DNA of 64,000 nt from an uncultured Trueperaceae bacterium (GCA_963799485.1 CAWCXJ010000012.1:64001-128000), one strand, 5' to 3'; numbered from the stretch's first letter, positions 1 through 10,746 are shown. Numbers and translations: made by a program. The notes: generated by a model from the sequence alone, not told the origin.

Positions 1-436
<436 letters not shown>

Positions 437-575
437 TTACCCTATGCGGTTTGGCTCGAGATAGTGCGCGCCGCGAAATCAGCTCGGGTAGTCGGTTCTG
501 AAAAAGATGCAAAAGGGCGAGGCTTGTACAACTCACCCTTTTACGGTGTTCGTCTAACAGCGTTCGGAGTTCACC

Positions 576-3500
576 TCAAACAGCTTGTTTCGGTTTTTCA
601 GTCTTGCCCAAGTTGATTGTCAACGGTGTTCCCTCAACTTCAGCTTCTTCACTGTAAACGGCGTCAGAGAGCGGTTCAAAACTGACCTCAGCCGCCAAGA
701 CTTCGTTTTGAATCGTCCCTAAGTGCGTTTTTACGGCTCCGAGTACCTCTCCTGTTGCTTGCAAACTAAGTGCGATGGTGTCCGAAACCTCGAGCCCCGC
801 GTTTTTACGGGCATTTTGCACAAGCCGGATGACGTCTCGAGCCAACCCTTCTTGCACCAACTCGGGCGTGAGCTGCGTATTCAGCGCAGCCAAGTAACCG
901 CGTTCTTCAAGTGCCGTAAAACCTTCCGGGCTCTTCGCGTCGAGGAGGAAGGCTTCGGGCTCGAGCCGGTGCTCTTCACCGTTCAAAACCAGAACGGTTT
1001 CACAGCCCTCACGGACATTTCTGGCGATGTCACGCCCGTCGGTTTCCTGAATCGCTTTTCTGAGCGCCGGGATGAGCTTGCCGAAACGTTTGCCGATGAG
1101 GGGTAGGTTCGGTTTTACGTCGTATTCGACAAAATCGGCAGTCACGTCCAGGTAGGTGGCTTTTTTGACGTTGAGTTCTTCTAAGAGTTGGGGCTCGAGC
1201 GTTTTCAGTCCCGCTAACTCTTCAGCGCTCCGAACGCGCACCAACACTTCGGGCAGCGGCTGCCGCGTCTTGACCTTCGAGGCGGCCCGCGCTCCGCGTC
1301 CGAGTTCGACAATCCGGACGAGCGCGTTCATATCCCGCAGAAGGGCGTCATCAATGAGTGAGGCGTCGGCTTCGGGCCAGCTCGAGAGATGCACCGATTC
1401 GGGCGCGTCCCTTGTAACGGATAAGACCAGGTTACGGTAGAGCGCGTCGGAGATAAAGGGGGCCAAAGGTGCCATCAGCTTTGTGAGCGTGACGAGCGCC
1501 TCGTAAAGCGTTTTGTACGCCGCGAGTTTGTCGGCGTCGGCCCCGGACTTCCAGAAGCGGCGGCGGTTGCGCCGCACGTACCAGTTCGACAGGTCGCTCA
1601 CGACGAAATCGCGGATAAGTCGGCTCGCACTCGTGGGGTCGTAGGTCTCGAGCCTTCCCGTCACGTCCCGGACGAGCGCGTGTGTTTTGGCAACCAACCA
1701 GCGGTCGATGTCGGGGCGCTCAGCCACAGGAACCGCTTGTGTCAGGTCGGGTTTGTCCAGGTTGGCGTACAAGACGAAAAAACTGTAAGTATTCCAGAGC
1801 GTCATAAAGAGGTCGCGCTGCGTTTCCTCAACCAGCGCGGGCGAAAACCGCTTCTGGTCGCCGGGTTCGGACGCGGCAAACATGTACCAGCGCACGCAGT
1901 CCGCGCCGTAACGGTCGAACAGCGGGATGGGTTGGATGACGTTGCCTTTAGACTTCGACATCTTTTTGCCGTACTCGTCAACGATATGACCCAGACAGAT
2001 GACGTTTTTGTACGCCGGAGCGCCGTAAAGCAGCGTGCTGATAGCGTGCAGACTGTAGAACCAGCCGCGCGTCTGGTCGATGGCTTCACAGATGTAGTCG
2101 GCGGGGAAATGTGCTTTGAACTGCTCGAGACCCTCCTCGGCACCGGGCAACGGTTTGTCACCGTCAGCGTCCAGCAACAAGTGCCACTGCGCGTAGGGCA
2201 TCGAACCCGAATCGAACCAGACATCTAAGACTTCCGGCACCCGCTTGAATAGTTTTCCGTCTTTCGTAAACGTCACATCGTCGATATACGGGCGGTGCAA
2301 ATCCAATTCTGACAAGTCGCGTCCTGCCAGCTCCGAAAGTTCCTGCACGCTGCCGACACAGACCATCTCGCTGCCGTCTTCAGCGACCCAGAAGGGGAGG
2401 GGTGTGCCCCAGTAGCGTTCGCGGGAGATGGCCCAGTCCACGTTGCTCTCCAACCACCGCCCGAAGCGCCCGTGTTTGATATTTTTCGGCACCCAGTTGA
2501 TTTTCTCGTTTTGCTCTAACAACTCCGGCGTCATCCGCTGCGTCCGGACGTACCACGACGGTTTGGCGAAATACAAAATCGGGTCGCCGGTGCGGTCGTG
2601 AAAGGGGTAGCGGTGGCGGTAGACTCCGGCCCGGTACATGAGACCTCGAGCCCCCAGATCTTCAATCAGCACCTTGTCGGCGTCTTTGAAAAATTGCCCG
2701 CGTGCGTTTGTCACCTGCATCACGCCGTGGTCGTTCGTTCCAAACACCAGCGGCGTGCCGTAAACCCGGCTGAGCTCCAGGTCTTCCGCGCCGTAAACCG
2801 GGGCTTCGTGCGCAACGCCCGAACCGTCTTGGGCGCTGACAAAATCCGCGAGTGCGACAAAGTGCATCCGGCCCGTCACACCGAGTTCTGTGACGACTTC
2901 CGGAAACGGTTGGGCGTAACCCCAGAACTCCATGTCTCGTCCCCGTAAAGTGGCGAGCACCGCGAGCGGTTCCGCGTGCAGCTCTGACACCCGTTCTACG
3001 GCGTCTTGGGCCACGATGATCGGCCCGACAGGACTCCTGCAAACGGCGTAAGTCAGCTCCGGGTTCACCGCCGCCATCGTATTCGACGGCAGCGTCCAGG
3101 GCGTCGTCGTCCAGACCACTAACGCGAGTTCCGGCAGGTCGGCGAGTTTTACGTTTTGCGCCGCCAATGCGTCCAGCACCGCCTGCGGCGTCGTCTCCGG
3201 TTTTACGGGGAAGCGGACGTAAACACTCGGGTCATCCACCTCGCGGTACGAGTCCTCTTCACCCAACTCGGCTTTGGAGAGCGTGGTAGCGATACGCGGC
3301 GACAGTGGCACGACCTTGTAATCTTGCGCGACCAGACCTTTAGCCCATAACCGCTGCAGCAGGTTCCACACCGATTCGATGTAGGGGTTTTCGTAGGTGA
3401 TATACGCGCCCTCTAGGTCAACCCAAAACCCCAAGCGTTCGGTAAAAACGTTCCAGTCCTGAATGGTGCTCCACACCGATTCGCGGCAGAGGCGGTTAAA

Positions 3501-3872
3501 GGTTTCCAACTCTTCCCGGGTTGCGTCGTGGTTGCGCCCTTGCAAACCGAGTTTTTTCTCTACACTGATTTCAACCGGCAAACCGTGCGTGTCCCAACCG
3601 CCGCGCCGCCCGACGTGGTAGCCCTGCATACTCTTAAAGCGCGGGAACAGGTCCTTGAACGACCGCGCCAGCACATGATGCAGCGCGGGCTGCCCGTTGG
3701 CGGTCGGTGGCCCTTCGTAAAAGACGTACTCGCCTTTGGGTGAGGGTTTGCCTAAAGACTTTTTGAAAATCTCATGCTCGCGCCAGAAGGTGGCGACCTC
3801 CTGCTCTAAGGCCGGAAAATCGGCTCCTTTAACCGCATCGAACATCGGTTTGGTTGCAGCTTTAACCATCAT
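576..3872 (-). CDS. ileS: Isoleucyl-tRNA synthetase (type 2)
   Basis: FYEGPPTANG and HIGH-like ALHH, GWDTHGLPVE, DWAISRERYWG, KMSKS. Start placed at ATG 3872/3869 after a GAGGGG RBS. Upstream T-box carries an AUC specifier. Confidence 0.97.
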   Translation of the reverse strand: MMVKAATKPMFDAVKGADFPALEQEVATFWREHEIFKKSLGKPSPKGEYVFYEGPPTANGQPALHHVLARSFKDLFPRFKSMQGYHVGRRGGWDTHGLPVEISVEKKLGLQGRNHDATREELETFNRLCRESVWSTIQDWNVFTERLGFWVDLEGAYITYENPYIESVWNLLQRLWAKGLVAQDYKVVPLSPRIATTLSKAELGEEDSYREVDDPSVYVRFPVKPETTPQAVLDALAAQNVKLADLPELALVVWTTTPWTLPSNTMAAVNPELTYAVCRSPVGPIIVAQDAVERVSELHAEPLAVLATLRGRDMEFWGYAQPFPEVVTELGVTGRMHFVALADFVSAQDGSGVAHEAPVYGAEDLELSRVYGTPLVFGTNDHGVMQVTNARGQFFKDADKVLIEDLGARGLMYRAGVYRHRYPFHDRTGDPILYFAKPSWYVRTQRMTPELLEQNEKINWVPKNIKHGRFGRWLESNVDWAISRERYWGTPLPFWVAEDGSEMVCVGSVQELSELAGRDLSELDLHRPYIDDVTFTKDGKLFKRVPEVLDVWFDSGSMPYAQWHLLLDADGDKPLPGAEEGLEQFKAHFPADYICEAIDQTRGWFYSLHAISTLLYGAPAYKNVICLGHIVDEYGKKMSKSKGNVIQPIPLFDRYGADCVRWYMFAASEPGDQKRFSPALVEETQRDLFMTLWNTYSFFVLYANLDKPDLTQAVPVAERPDIDRWLVAKTHALVRDVTGRLETYDPTSASRLIRDFVVSDLSNWYVRRNRRRFWKSGADADKLAAYKTLYEALVTLTKLMAPLAPFISDALYRNLVLSVTRDAPESVHLSSWPEADASLIDDALLRDMNALVRIVELGRGARAASKVKTRQPLPEVLVRVRSAEELAGLKTLEPQLLEELNVKKATYLDVTADFVEYDVKPNLPLIGKRFGKLIPALRKAIQETDGRDIARNVREGCETVLVLNGEEHRLEPEAFLLDAKSPEGFTALEERGYLAALNTQLTPELVQEGLARDVIRLVQNARKNAGLEVSDTIALSLQATGEVLGAVKTHLGTIQNEVLAAEVSFEPLSDAVYSEEAEVEGTPLTINLGKTEKPKQAV

Positions 3873-3891
3873 TTCCCCTCGCCGGGGCCGC

Positions 3892-4203
3892 AAAAAAGCG
3901 CCCCAAAACTTAACGATTGGGACGCCCGGAATGTCTGAGAGCGTGATACCACCCAACTTCGCCGCTGCGTCACCGCCTCGGCCTCTGTGATTGCCCCCGT
4001 AAAAGTCGGGGAGAACCTGCCGCTGTCACGTGCGGCTCACGTTCCCGTCTACTCAGGTCGCCGTAAAACTCGTTACCGTAACGGCTGCCTTTTCGGGGGA
4101 CGGCTCGAGGCTGATTTTCGCGGGCTCCGCGTGTTACCGGGCTTTCACCGTCCCCGGCTCGCTCTTAACCGCTTTTAGCCCCTACTCGTACCTGTCATCG
4201 CCT
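3892..4203 (-). promoter_or_regulatory. T-box riboswitch (Ile, AUC specifier) with terminator
   Basis: Minus strand: GCGATGACAGG..AGTA..AGCGAGCCGGGG..GGTGAAAGCCCGG stem I; GAAAATC with ATC at 4115-4113; T-box AGTTGGGTGGTATCACG at ~3958-3942; terminator GCGTCCCAA..TTGGGGCGC followed by T6 (3925-3892). Confidence 0.92.
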
Positions 4204-4454
4204 TTATTTTTACCCAGTCAAGGGTTTTTGCATCGTCTACGCTTTACATCGGCGCGTGACCATGCGTATACTCAGGTTAGCAGCACCACACAGGCACGTC
4301 AACACGCCGCGCTGCACACCCGCTGACAATTAGAAGTGCAACTATCCGGGTGCTGCAGCCTTACCAAGCTGGACAATCTTGCTGTCACTATGGCCTCTGT
4401 GCCCGTCATCTTGGTTTAGTAGCTGTGCAGATATATTATGAAAGTCGAGCCTCC

Positions 4455-6107
4455 ATGAGCGAAGCCAACGAAAGCGATACCCAAACCCTCGAGCCGGGCA
4501 CCGACGAGGTTGCGCCGCAGCCACGCCGCCGTGGTCGGCCCAAGGGCAGCGGGCGTAAAAAAGACCCCGAAGCCGATACCGAACCTGCCTCTGATACGAC
4601 CGCAGAAGTTGACCAAAACGCGGCTCCCGCCGCAGAGAGTGAAGCTGCCGAACCCGTCAAACGCCGGGGCAGGCGTCCGAACCGTCCGCAAGCAGCTGAC
4701 GTAGAAACCCAAGAGCGTGACGACGGCGATACCGAAGCTCGCGGCGCTGATGCTAGGGACACCGACGAAGACAGTGAACGCAGTGCCTCAGAACGAGAAG
4801 ACACCTCTAGCAACGCCCCGCGCCGAGGTCGTAACAGCCGTAACACGCGCCGCCCGACGCTTAACTACCGCGACCTGCAAGCCAAAATCTTGCCCGAGCT
4901 GCACCTCTTGGCTATCGAGGTCGGTTTGTCGGACTACCGTCAGCTCAGCAAAGACGAGCTTTCGGTGGCTATTTTAGAGCGCGCTGCGGAAGCCGAGGGG
5001 TTGCGCCTCGTTAAAGGCTACCTGGAGATTTCGTCGGACGGCTACGGTTTTTTGCAAGAATCGCTGCTGCAAAACAACACCCGCTCGGTTATCGTTTCAG
5101 CGGGACTGATTAAACAGTTCAAGCTCCGCACCGGCGACTTTATCCTGGGTAAAGCCCGCCGCCCCCGCGATAACGAGCGTTACGGTACGCTTATCCGGGT
5201 GGAAGCGGTCAACGGCGTCGACCCGTTCCAGGCCGCCAGACGCCCCCGGTTCGACGACCTCGTCCCGATGTTCCCCGACGCACGGATCAAGCTCGAGACC
5301 ACCCAAAGCGAGGTTGCCGCGCGCGTTATCGACCTGTTAGCCCCCATCGGGCGCGGTCAGCGCGGACTTATCGTCGCGCCACCCAAAGCCGGGAAAACGA
5401 CGCTGCTCAAAAAAATCGCCAACTCGGTCGTGCAAAACGAACCCGACATCAAGGTCATCGTGCTGTTGGTCGACGAGCGCCCCGAAGAGGTCACGGACTT
5501 CCGCGAATCGGTTTCGGGTGTCGAGGTCATCGCCAGTACCTTCGATGAACCGCCGACCAACCACATCCGCGTCGCAGAATTCGTCCACGAACGCAGCCGC
5601 CGCATCGTTGAAGAGGGCGGTCACGTGATGATCTTGCTCGATTCGATTACACGGCTGGCGCGCGCGAACAACCTCGTGACGCCGCCGACCGGACGCACCC
5701 TTTCGGGCGGTCTTGACTCTTCAGCGCTCCACTGGCCCAAGCGCTTTTTGGGTGCAGCCCGTAATATCCGGGGCGGCGGTTCGCTCTCGATCTTGGCAAC
5801 GGCTCTGGTTGAAACCGGTTCCCGCATGGACGATGTGATTTTTGAAGAGTTTAAGGGTACGGGCAATATGGAGCTGCACCTGTCGCGCCGTTTGGAAGAG
5901 CGCCGCATCTTTCCGGCTATCGACATCCTCAAATCGGGAACACGCCGCGAAGACCTGCTTTTGGGTGAAGATGTGCTGGCTAAGATGTGGCTGCTGCGCA
6001 AAGTCATCTCCGACATGGACCCGGCGGAAGCGATGGACATGCTGTTGTCACGTCTGGGCCGCGTTAAAACCAACGGTGAGTTCTTATCGACGCTGGGGCA
6101 AGGGTAA
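4455..6107 (+). CDS. rho: Transcription termination factor Rho with long charged N-terminal extension
   Basis: DGYGFL RNA-binding motif, PIGRGQRGLIVAPPKAGKT, LLVDERPEEV, FEEFKGTGNMELHL. Start at ATG 4455. Confidence 0.97.
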   Translation: MSEANESDTQTLEPGTDEVAPQPRRRGRPKGSGRKKDPEADTEPASDTTAEVDQNAAPAAESEAAEPVKRRGRRPNRPQAADVETQERDDGDTEARGADARDTDEDSERSASEREDTSSNAPRRGRNSRNTRRPTLNYRDLQAKILPELHLLAIEVGLSDYRQLSKDELSVAILERAAEAEGLRLVKGYLEISSDGYGFLQESLLQNNTRSVIVSAGLIKQFKLRTGDFILGKARRPRDNERYGTLIRVEAVNGVDPFQAARRPRFDDLVPMFPDARIKLETTQSEVAARVIDLLAPIGRGQRGLIVAPPKAGKTTLLKKIANSVVQNEPDIKVIVLLVDERPEEVTDFRESVSGVEVIASTFDEPPTNHIRVAEFVHERSRRIVEEGGHVMILLDSITRLARANNLVTPPTGRTLSGGLDSSALHWPKRFLGAARNIRGGGSLSILATALVETGSRMDDVIFEEFKGTGNMELHLSRRLEERRIFPAIDILKSGTRREDLLLGEDVLAKMWLLRKVISDMDPAEAMDMLLSRLGRVKTNGEFLSTLGQG

Positions 6108-6150
6108 CTGCAAGGAGCGTCGGTTAAACCTCGGAATCGTTCCGACTTTC

Positions 6151-6180
6151 TTGACGTGACCACGCGGCGCGGTCTATAGT
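6151..6180 (+). promoter_or_regulatory. Sigma70-type promoter of rrf2
   Basis: TTGACG-18 nt-TATAGT. Inverted repeat TCGGAA-tcg-TTCCGA at 6131-6145 just upstream. Confidence 0.65.
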
Positions 6181-6209
6181 TGCCTTTAACTAACCCCCGG
6201 GAGGACACT

Positions 6210-6656
6210 ATGTGGGTTTCGACACGCGCACAATACGGGATGCGGGCACTTGTAGAGATTGCCCTCAGCAGTGAGCCGACGAGTCTCAAGGTCGTCGCCG
6301 ACCGACAAAACATCAGCCAGCACTACTTGGAGCAGATCATCGCAGTTTTACGGCGCGCCGGGATCGTCGAATCGACGCGCGGCGCTTACGGCGGCTACCG
6401 CGTCGCCCGGCCTCTCGATGAAGTTACGGCGCTCGAGGTCGTCGAACTCATGGAAGGCAGCCTCGCGCCGGTCGCCTGTATCGAAGACACAGGCGCGTGC
6501 GAACACACCGGGCACTGCTCGACGGAAACGCTCTGGAACCGCGTCGATAGCGCCGTCCGCGACGTTTTGGGCAGTACGACCCTGGCGCAACTTGTTTCGG
6601 AACGGCAGCTTTTGCAGCTCGAGCCTTTGCCCGAACAGTTCGCTGGAGCGAATTAA
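6210..6656 (+). CDS. Rrf2-family (IscR-like) transcriptional regulator
   Basis: STRAQYGMRALVEIA..ISQHYLEQI..STRGAYGGY Rrf2 motif. Three Cys (ACIEDTGACEHTGHC) as possible Fe-S ligands. GGAGG RBS. Adjacent to cysteine desulfurase. Confidence 0.92.
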   Translation: MWVSTRAQYGMRALVEIALSSEPTSLKVVADRQNISQHYLEQIIAVLRRAGIVESTRGAYGGYRVARPLDEVTALEVVELMEGSLAPVACIEDTGACEHTGHCSTETLWNRVDSAVRDVLGSTTLAQLVSERQLLQLEPLPEQFAGAN

Positions 6657-6764
6657 CAGATTTTTCTCAACTTTACGGTGCGGGCACTGTTCGCACCGTT
6701 TTTTACGGTCAACTTTTACGGTTAGCCAACTCGGTTTACGCTCTGTGCCATCTAAAATAGTCTT

Positions 6765-7901
6765 ATGAACGCTTACCTCGACTACGCCGCGACGACGCCC
6801 CTCGAGCCCCTCGTTTTAGAAGCGATGCTCCCGGCCCTGAACGCCGATTACGGCAACCCGGCGTCTTTGCACCGTGCCGGACAGCGGGCGCGTAAGGCAG
6901 TCGAGACGGCGCGGGAACAGTTGGCGCAAGCTATTAACGCGCAACCTCGCGACCTGACTTTTACCTCCGGCGCAACCGAAGCCGATAACCACGCCCTACG
7001 CGCTTACGCTTTGCAGTTTCCGGGTGGGCATATCGTGACGAGTTTGCTCGAGCACGCCGCCGTTTTAAGCACCTGCAAATACCTCGAGACCCAGGGCTGG
7101 CAGGTGACGTACCTACAACCCAACGCGCGCGGCGAAATCACCTCGGACGCAGTTCAAGCGGCGTTACAACCTGACACCTTTTTAGTCGCATTGATGCTTG
7201 TCAACAACGAAACCGGCGTCATCACCGATATTCCGGCTATCAGTCAAATTGTTCATGAGGCTGGCGCAGCGCTTTTTTGCGACGCGGTACAGGCGTTCGG
7301 CGTGATGGACGTAAACGTGCAAACTCTGGGCGCGGATATGCTGGCGCTCTCGGCGCACAAGGTTTACGGCCCGAAAGGGGTCGGGGCACTTTATGTGAAA
7401 AGCGGCCTCGAGCTTTCTCCTTTTTTGCTCGGCGGTGAGCAAGAACGCGGTCTCCGCGCCGGCACCTTAAACGTTCCGGCGATTGTCGGCTTTGGTCGGG
7501 CGGCGGAGTTGGCGCAAGAACGTTTGGGGACAGACCCGCTCGAGCTTGCGCGGTTGCGGGATAGGCTCGCGGCTCACCTCTTAAACATAGACGGCGTAAA
7601 CCTCAACGCCCCCGGTGCGCCGCGTAGCCCGAAACATCTGAACGTCCGGGTTGCCGGCGTCGACGGGGAAGACCTGCTGATGGGACTAGACGCCGCCGGG
7701 GTTTACGCGAGTGCGGGGTCGGCGTGTGCGGCGGGGACGCTCGAGCCTTCTCACGTCCTGTTGGCAATGGGCCTGGCTCACCGTGAAGCAAAAGCGAGTA
7801 TTCGTTTCTCACTTGGGCGTGGGGTAACAGAGGAGCTGGTGGAGTACGCCGCAAAATCTTTTGCCGAGGTGACGGAGCGCGTGCGAATGTACGCGGTCTA
7901 G
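6765..7901 (+). CDS. iscS: Cysteine desulfurase (IscS/NifS family)
   Basis: YLDYAATTP, TSGATEA, SAHKVYGPKGVG (PLP Lys), SAGSAC (catalytic Cys). Confidence 0.93.
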   Translation: MNAYLDYAATTPLEPLVLEAMLPALNADYGNPASLHRAGQRARKAVETAREQLAQAINAQPRDLTFTSGATEADNHALRAYALQFPGGHIVTSLLEHAAVLSTCKYLETQGWQVTYLQPNARGEITSDAVQAALQPDTFLVALMLVNNETGVITDIPAISQIVHEAGAALFCDAVQAFGVMDVNVQTLGADMLALSAHKVYGPKGVGALYVKSGLELSPFLLGGEQERGLRAGTLNVPAIVGFGRAAELAQERLGTDPLELARLRDRLAAHLLNIDGVNLNAPGAPRSPKHLNVRVAGVDGEDLLMGLDAAGVYASAGSACAAGTLEPSHVLLAMGLAHREAKASIRFSLGRGVTEELVEYAAKSFAEVTERVRMYAV

Positions 7902-7940
7902 TGCCCGTATCCGAGGCCACAGGTTGCTCGCCGTAAACCT

Positions 7941-8834
7941 CTACAAAAACCGCTCGAGCCCCCGTGCTACTTTAAGCGCCCGCACGTCCCAATCGCCGTG
8001 CATCTCAGCGTCCCAGCAAGCCGACAAGACCATGTGAACGAACCCCCACCTAGCGAGTTCCTGCCGGCCCAGCCCCAACATCCCGCTAAAAATCTTTAGG
8101 CGACTCGGCAAAAGTGCAATCAGTTCTGCGGCAGTGGCCTGCATGGGGTTGTGCAGATAAGTCCCGACGTCGTAGCCTCTTGCACCGACGATGCCTTTGG
8201 GGTCGATGGCTAAAAAAGGCTCTTTCGTAGCCGTGAGGATATTGCCGTGATGCAGGTCGGCGTGAAGCAGTACGGGGTCTTGCTCGGGATTGAGCCCTTG
8301 CAGTAACCCCTGCGCCTGTCTTTGCAAATCAGTCGGAATGCTTTCGTAATCTTCCCAGAGCGCCCCCGTCCAACTTGTAAGGCTACGAAACAGATTCGGT
8401 TCTACTACCGGACGCCAAAGCCGCCGCATCAGTTCAGCAGTAATTTGAGTATGGGTTTTATCCTCTCCCGGCGTCCAGAGTTCTTGCAGCGAGACACCGG
8501 GGGTGACGCGTTCCAGAAGCAGCGCACTTACGTCGTCAGCTCGTTCTAAAAGCTGACAGATGCCGTCTCCAGCGTAGTACTTCAAGGCTTCGGCTTCACA
8601 AACGATTTCGTCGTTTGGTGGACTCAGTTTGAGGATGCAGGGCGTTCCGTCCAAACGTTGGGCGTAGGCGACGAGGTTGTACGAAAGTTGCGGGACGAGG
8701 CCGGTGACGCGAATGTGCCAGCGAGACTCGAGCCCCGCTAAAGTCTCCGGGAGCGTCTCGAGCCACCCTTCAGCGTCGTCATGAACATCTCGGAGCGCCC
8801 GGAGAAGTGCAGGTGGTAGTGCTAGGTCGATCAT
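7941..8834 (-). CDS. Aminoglycoside/hydroxyurea resistance kinase (APH(6)/StrB-like) family protein
   Basis: LLLERV, LLHADLHHGNIL, AIDPKG kinase motifs. Confidence 0.85.
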   Translation of the reverse strand: MIDLALPPALLRALRDVHDDAEGWLETLPETLAGLESRWHIRVTGLVPQLSYNLVAYAQRLDGTPCILKLSPPNDEIVCEAEALKYYAGDGICQLLERADDVSALLLERVTPGVSLQELWTPGEDKTHTQITAELMRRLWRPVVEPNLFRSLTSWTGALWEDYESIPTDLQRQAQGLLQGLNPEQDPVLLHADLHHGNILTATKEPFLAIDPKGIVGARGYDVGTYLHNPMQATAAELIALLPSRLKIFSGMLGLGRQELARWGFVHMVLSACWDAEMHGDWDVRALKVARGLERFL

Positions 8835-8920
8835 AAGGCTACGCCGGCAACGCTTCTTTTAGGCGCTTCTGCTGCTATAAAAGACGACTTTACCCGGCGC
8901 ACGGTTAGTTATATCACCTT

Positions 8921-9454
8921 GTGACGGGCGCCTCCATCATGCCGCAAAAGCGCAATCCGGTCGCCTTAGAGCATGCCCGCACGCGTTTTTCACGGGCCTT
9001 GGGTGCGTCGCAGATGGTCTTGTACTCGTCGCACGACATTCCCTACGCCGACCTCAACGATTTTGGCCCGGATATTCAGGGCGCGCTCCAGGCGCTTTTA
9101 TTGCAGCTGAGCGGCGGGCTGGACTTGCTGGATGCGTGCGTAGGTGAGAGCCGTTTCGAGGTCGCGGCCTTTGCTAAGCTTGCCCAAGCTACGGATACGA
9201 GCGCGACCGAGTTGACCGACGAACTGACCAGGCGCGGCCTCAGCTTTCAGGCGCCGCATCGTCTGGTGGGGCGGTTACCAGAGCTCGAGTTGCGCGGCGA
9301 ACCTCTGCAACGCAAAACACCCGGGGACGTGCGGCAACCGGGTGGCCCCGGCCTGAGTGACGCCGAACTGCGCGCGGCGCTCGCGCCCGAGACGTTCGTC
9401 CGCCGCCGTAATGGTATCGGTGCTACGCAGCTAGCGCTAAGAAATCGCACATAA
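8921..9454 (+). pseudogene. argH: C-terminal fragment of argininosuccinate lyase
   Basis: Begins at the GASIMPQKRNP lyase signature. TELTDELTRRGLSFQAPHRLVG resembles the ArgH C-terminus. The N-terminal half or more is missing. Confidence 0.75.
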
Positions 9455-9517
9455 AAAGTCAAATGACCGTTTGCTTCGTGTCTTTTAGGCGGCGGTTACC
9501 TGCTATATACTCGGCAC

Positions 9518-10261
9518 ATGAACCTCCACTTGAGCGGCAAGGTCGCCCTGGTAACAGCCGGGTCGAAGGGTATCGGTTTAGCGGTGGCGCAGGGGCTCGC
9601 CGCCGAAGGCGTCAGGGTCGCGCTCTGCGCCCGCACTGCAAGAGAAGTCGAGGCGGCGGCAGCAGCGGTGGGCGGGGCCGGGTTCGTCGCGGATGTTTCC
9701 TCAGAAAGCGACCTCGAGCGCCTTTTTCGTGAGGTGCGCGGGACCTTGGGCTCCCCCGATATTCTCGTGACCAACGCAGGCGGCCCACCCTCCGGAACGC
9801 CGACCCAAATCGGTCTGTCCGGTTGGGACGAGGCCTACGCCCTGACCCTGATGTCGGTCGTCCGGCTCGTCCAGCACGCCCTACCCGCTATGCGTCAACG
9901 GGGCTGGGGACGTATCATCAACGTGACCAGCTTGTCGGTACGTGAACCGATAGGGACGCTTACGCTCTCCAACGCGTTTCGCGCTGCGGTGACCGGCTAC
10001 GCCAAAACGCTTGCAGGCGAGGTCGCCGGGGACGGCGTAACGGTCAACAACGTCGCGCCCGGTTACACCGCGACAGCGCACGTCGATGAGCTTTTCGGGG
10101 GCGAAAGGCGGCGGCAGCTCGAGGCCGACATTCCCACAGGCCGTTTCGCCGCGCCCGAAGAGATTGCGGCGGCGGCGGTGTTTCTCGCGTCGCAGGGCGC
10201 TGCCTACATCACCGGACAGACGCTGCTCGTCGATGGTGGACTGACTAAAGGGGTCTACTGA
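9518..10261 (+). CDS. Short-chain dehydrogenase/reductase
   Basis: GKVALVTAGSKGIG, DILVTNAGGP, VNNVAPG, YITGQTLLVDGG. Confidence 0.92.
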   Translation: MNLHLSGKVALVTAGSKGIGLAVAQGLAAEGVRVALCARTAREVEAAAAAVGGAGFVADVSSESDLERLFREVRGTLGSPDILVTNAGGPPSGTPTQIGLSGWDEAYALTLMSVVRLVQHALPAMRQRGWGRIINVTSLSVREPIGTLTLSNAFRAAVTGYAKTLAGEVAGDGVTVNNVAPGYTATAHVDELFGGERRRQLEADIPTGRFAAPEEIAAAAVFLASQGAAYITGQTLLVDGGLTKGVY

Positions 10262-10746
10262 TCTAAAACCAGAGCCGGACCTTCGGTGAAGATGGCTCAC
10301 GACCGACAAACTGAGTGGTGGGGAGCACCCGGCGAGAAGTCTCGAGCCGTCAGCCGGGAACGAACATAGACTTGGAGTCAAGCAGGAAACGCTTGCAAAA
10401 GTGCGCGGTATCTAAGCAGGCGCGGTAGACAGTCGGGTGTACGCTTGCTAAAGCCCGCAGCAAAGGGTGCAATCACGACTTCGATGTGTTTGGGCAGTAC
10501 CGCTGTGCGGTGGTGTCCCGGCCCGCTGCCGAACGCAGCGGCAGCGGCAAAGGTGTTGCAAGGTATAAGGTGTTGCAAGGCATCTAGAAACCGAACTCGA
10601 GCGCGCAGACTATGAAACCAGGCGTCGGTACTCGGCCCGTCGGCCCGTTTAACCGCACATTCGGCTTTATGTACCTGAACAAGCTGGTTTGTCGCGGGGC
10701 GCTTTCTCGGTCGCGGCCCGCTGACGTAAACTGGAAAACTGTGAAT

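Noticed and set aside
3873..3956. N-terminal extension of IleRS in the ORF track
   Set aside because: It overlaps the T-box antiterminator and terminator. The RBS points to ATG 3872/3869.
10270..10360. Possible ZTP or glycine riboswitch (GGGGAGC, CACCGAAGG)
   Set aside because: Only isolated words match. The GACUGGCG/GCCUGGG and CUCUCAGG elements are absent and gene context does not fit.
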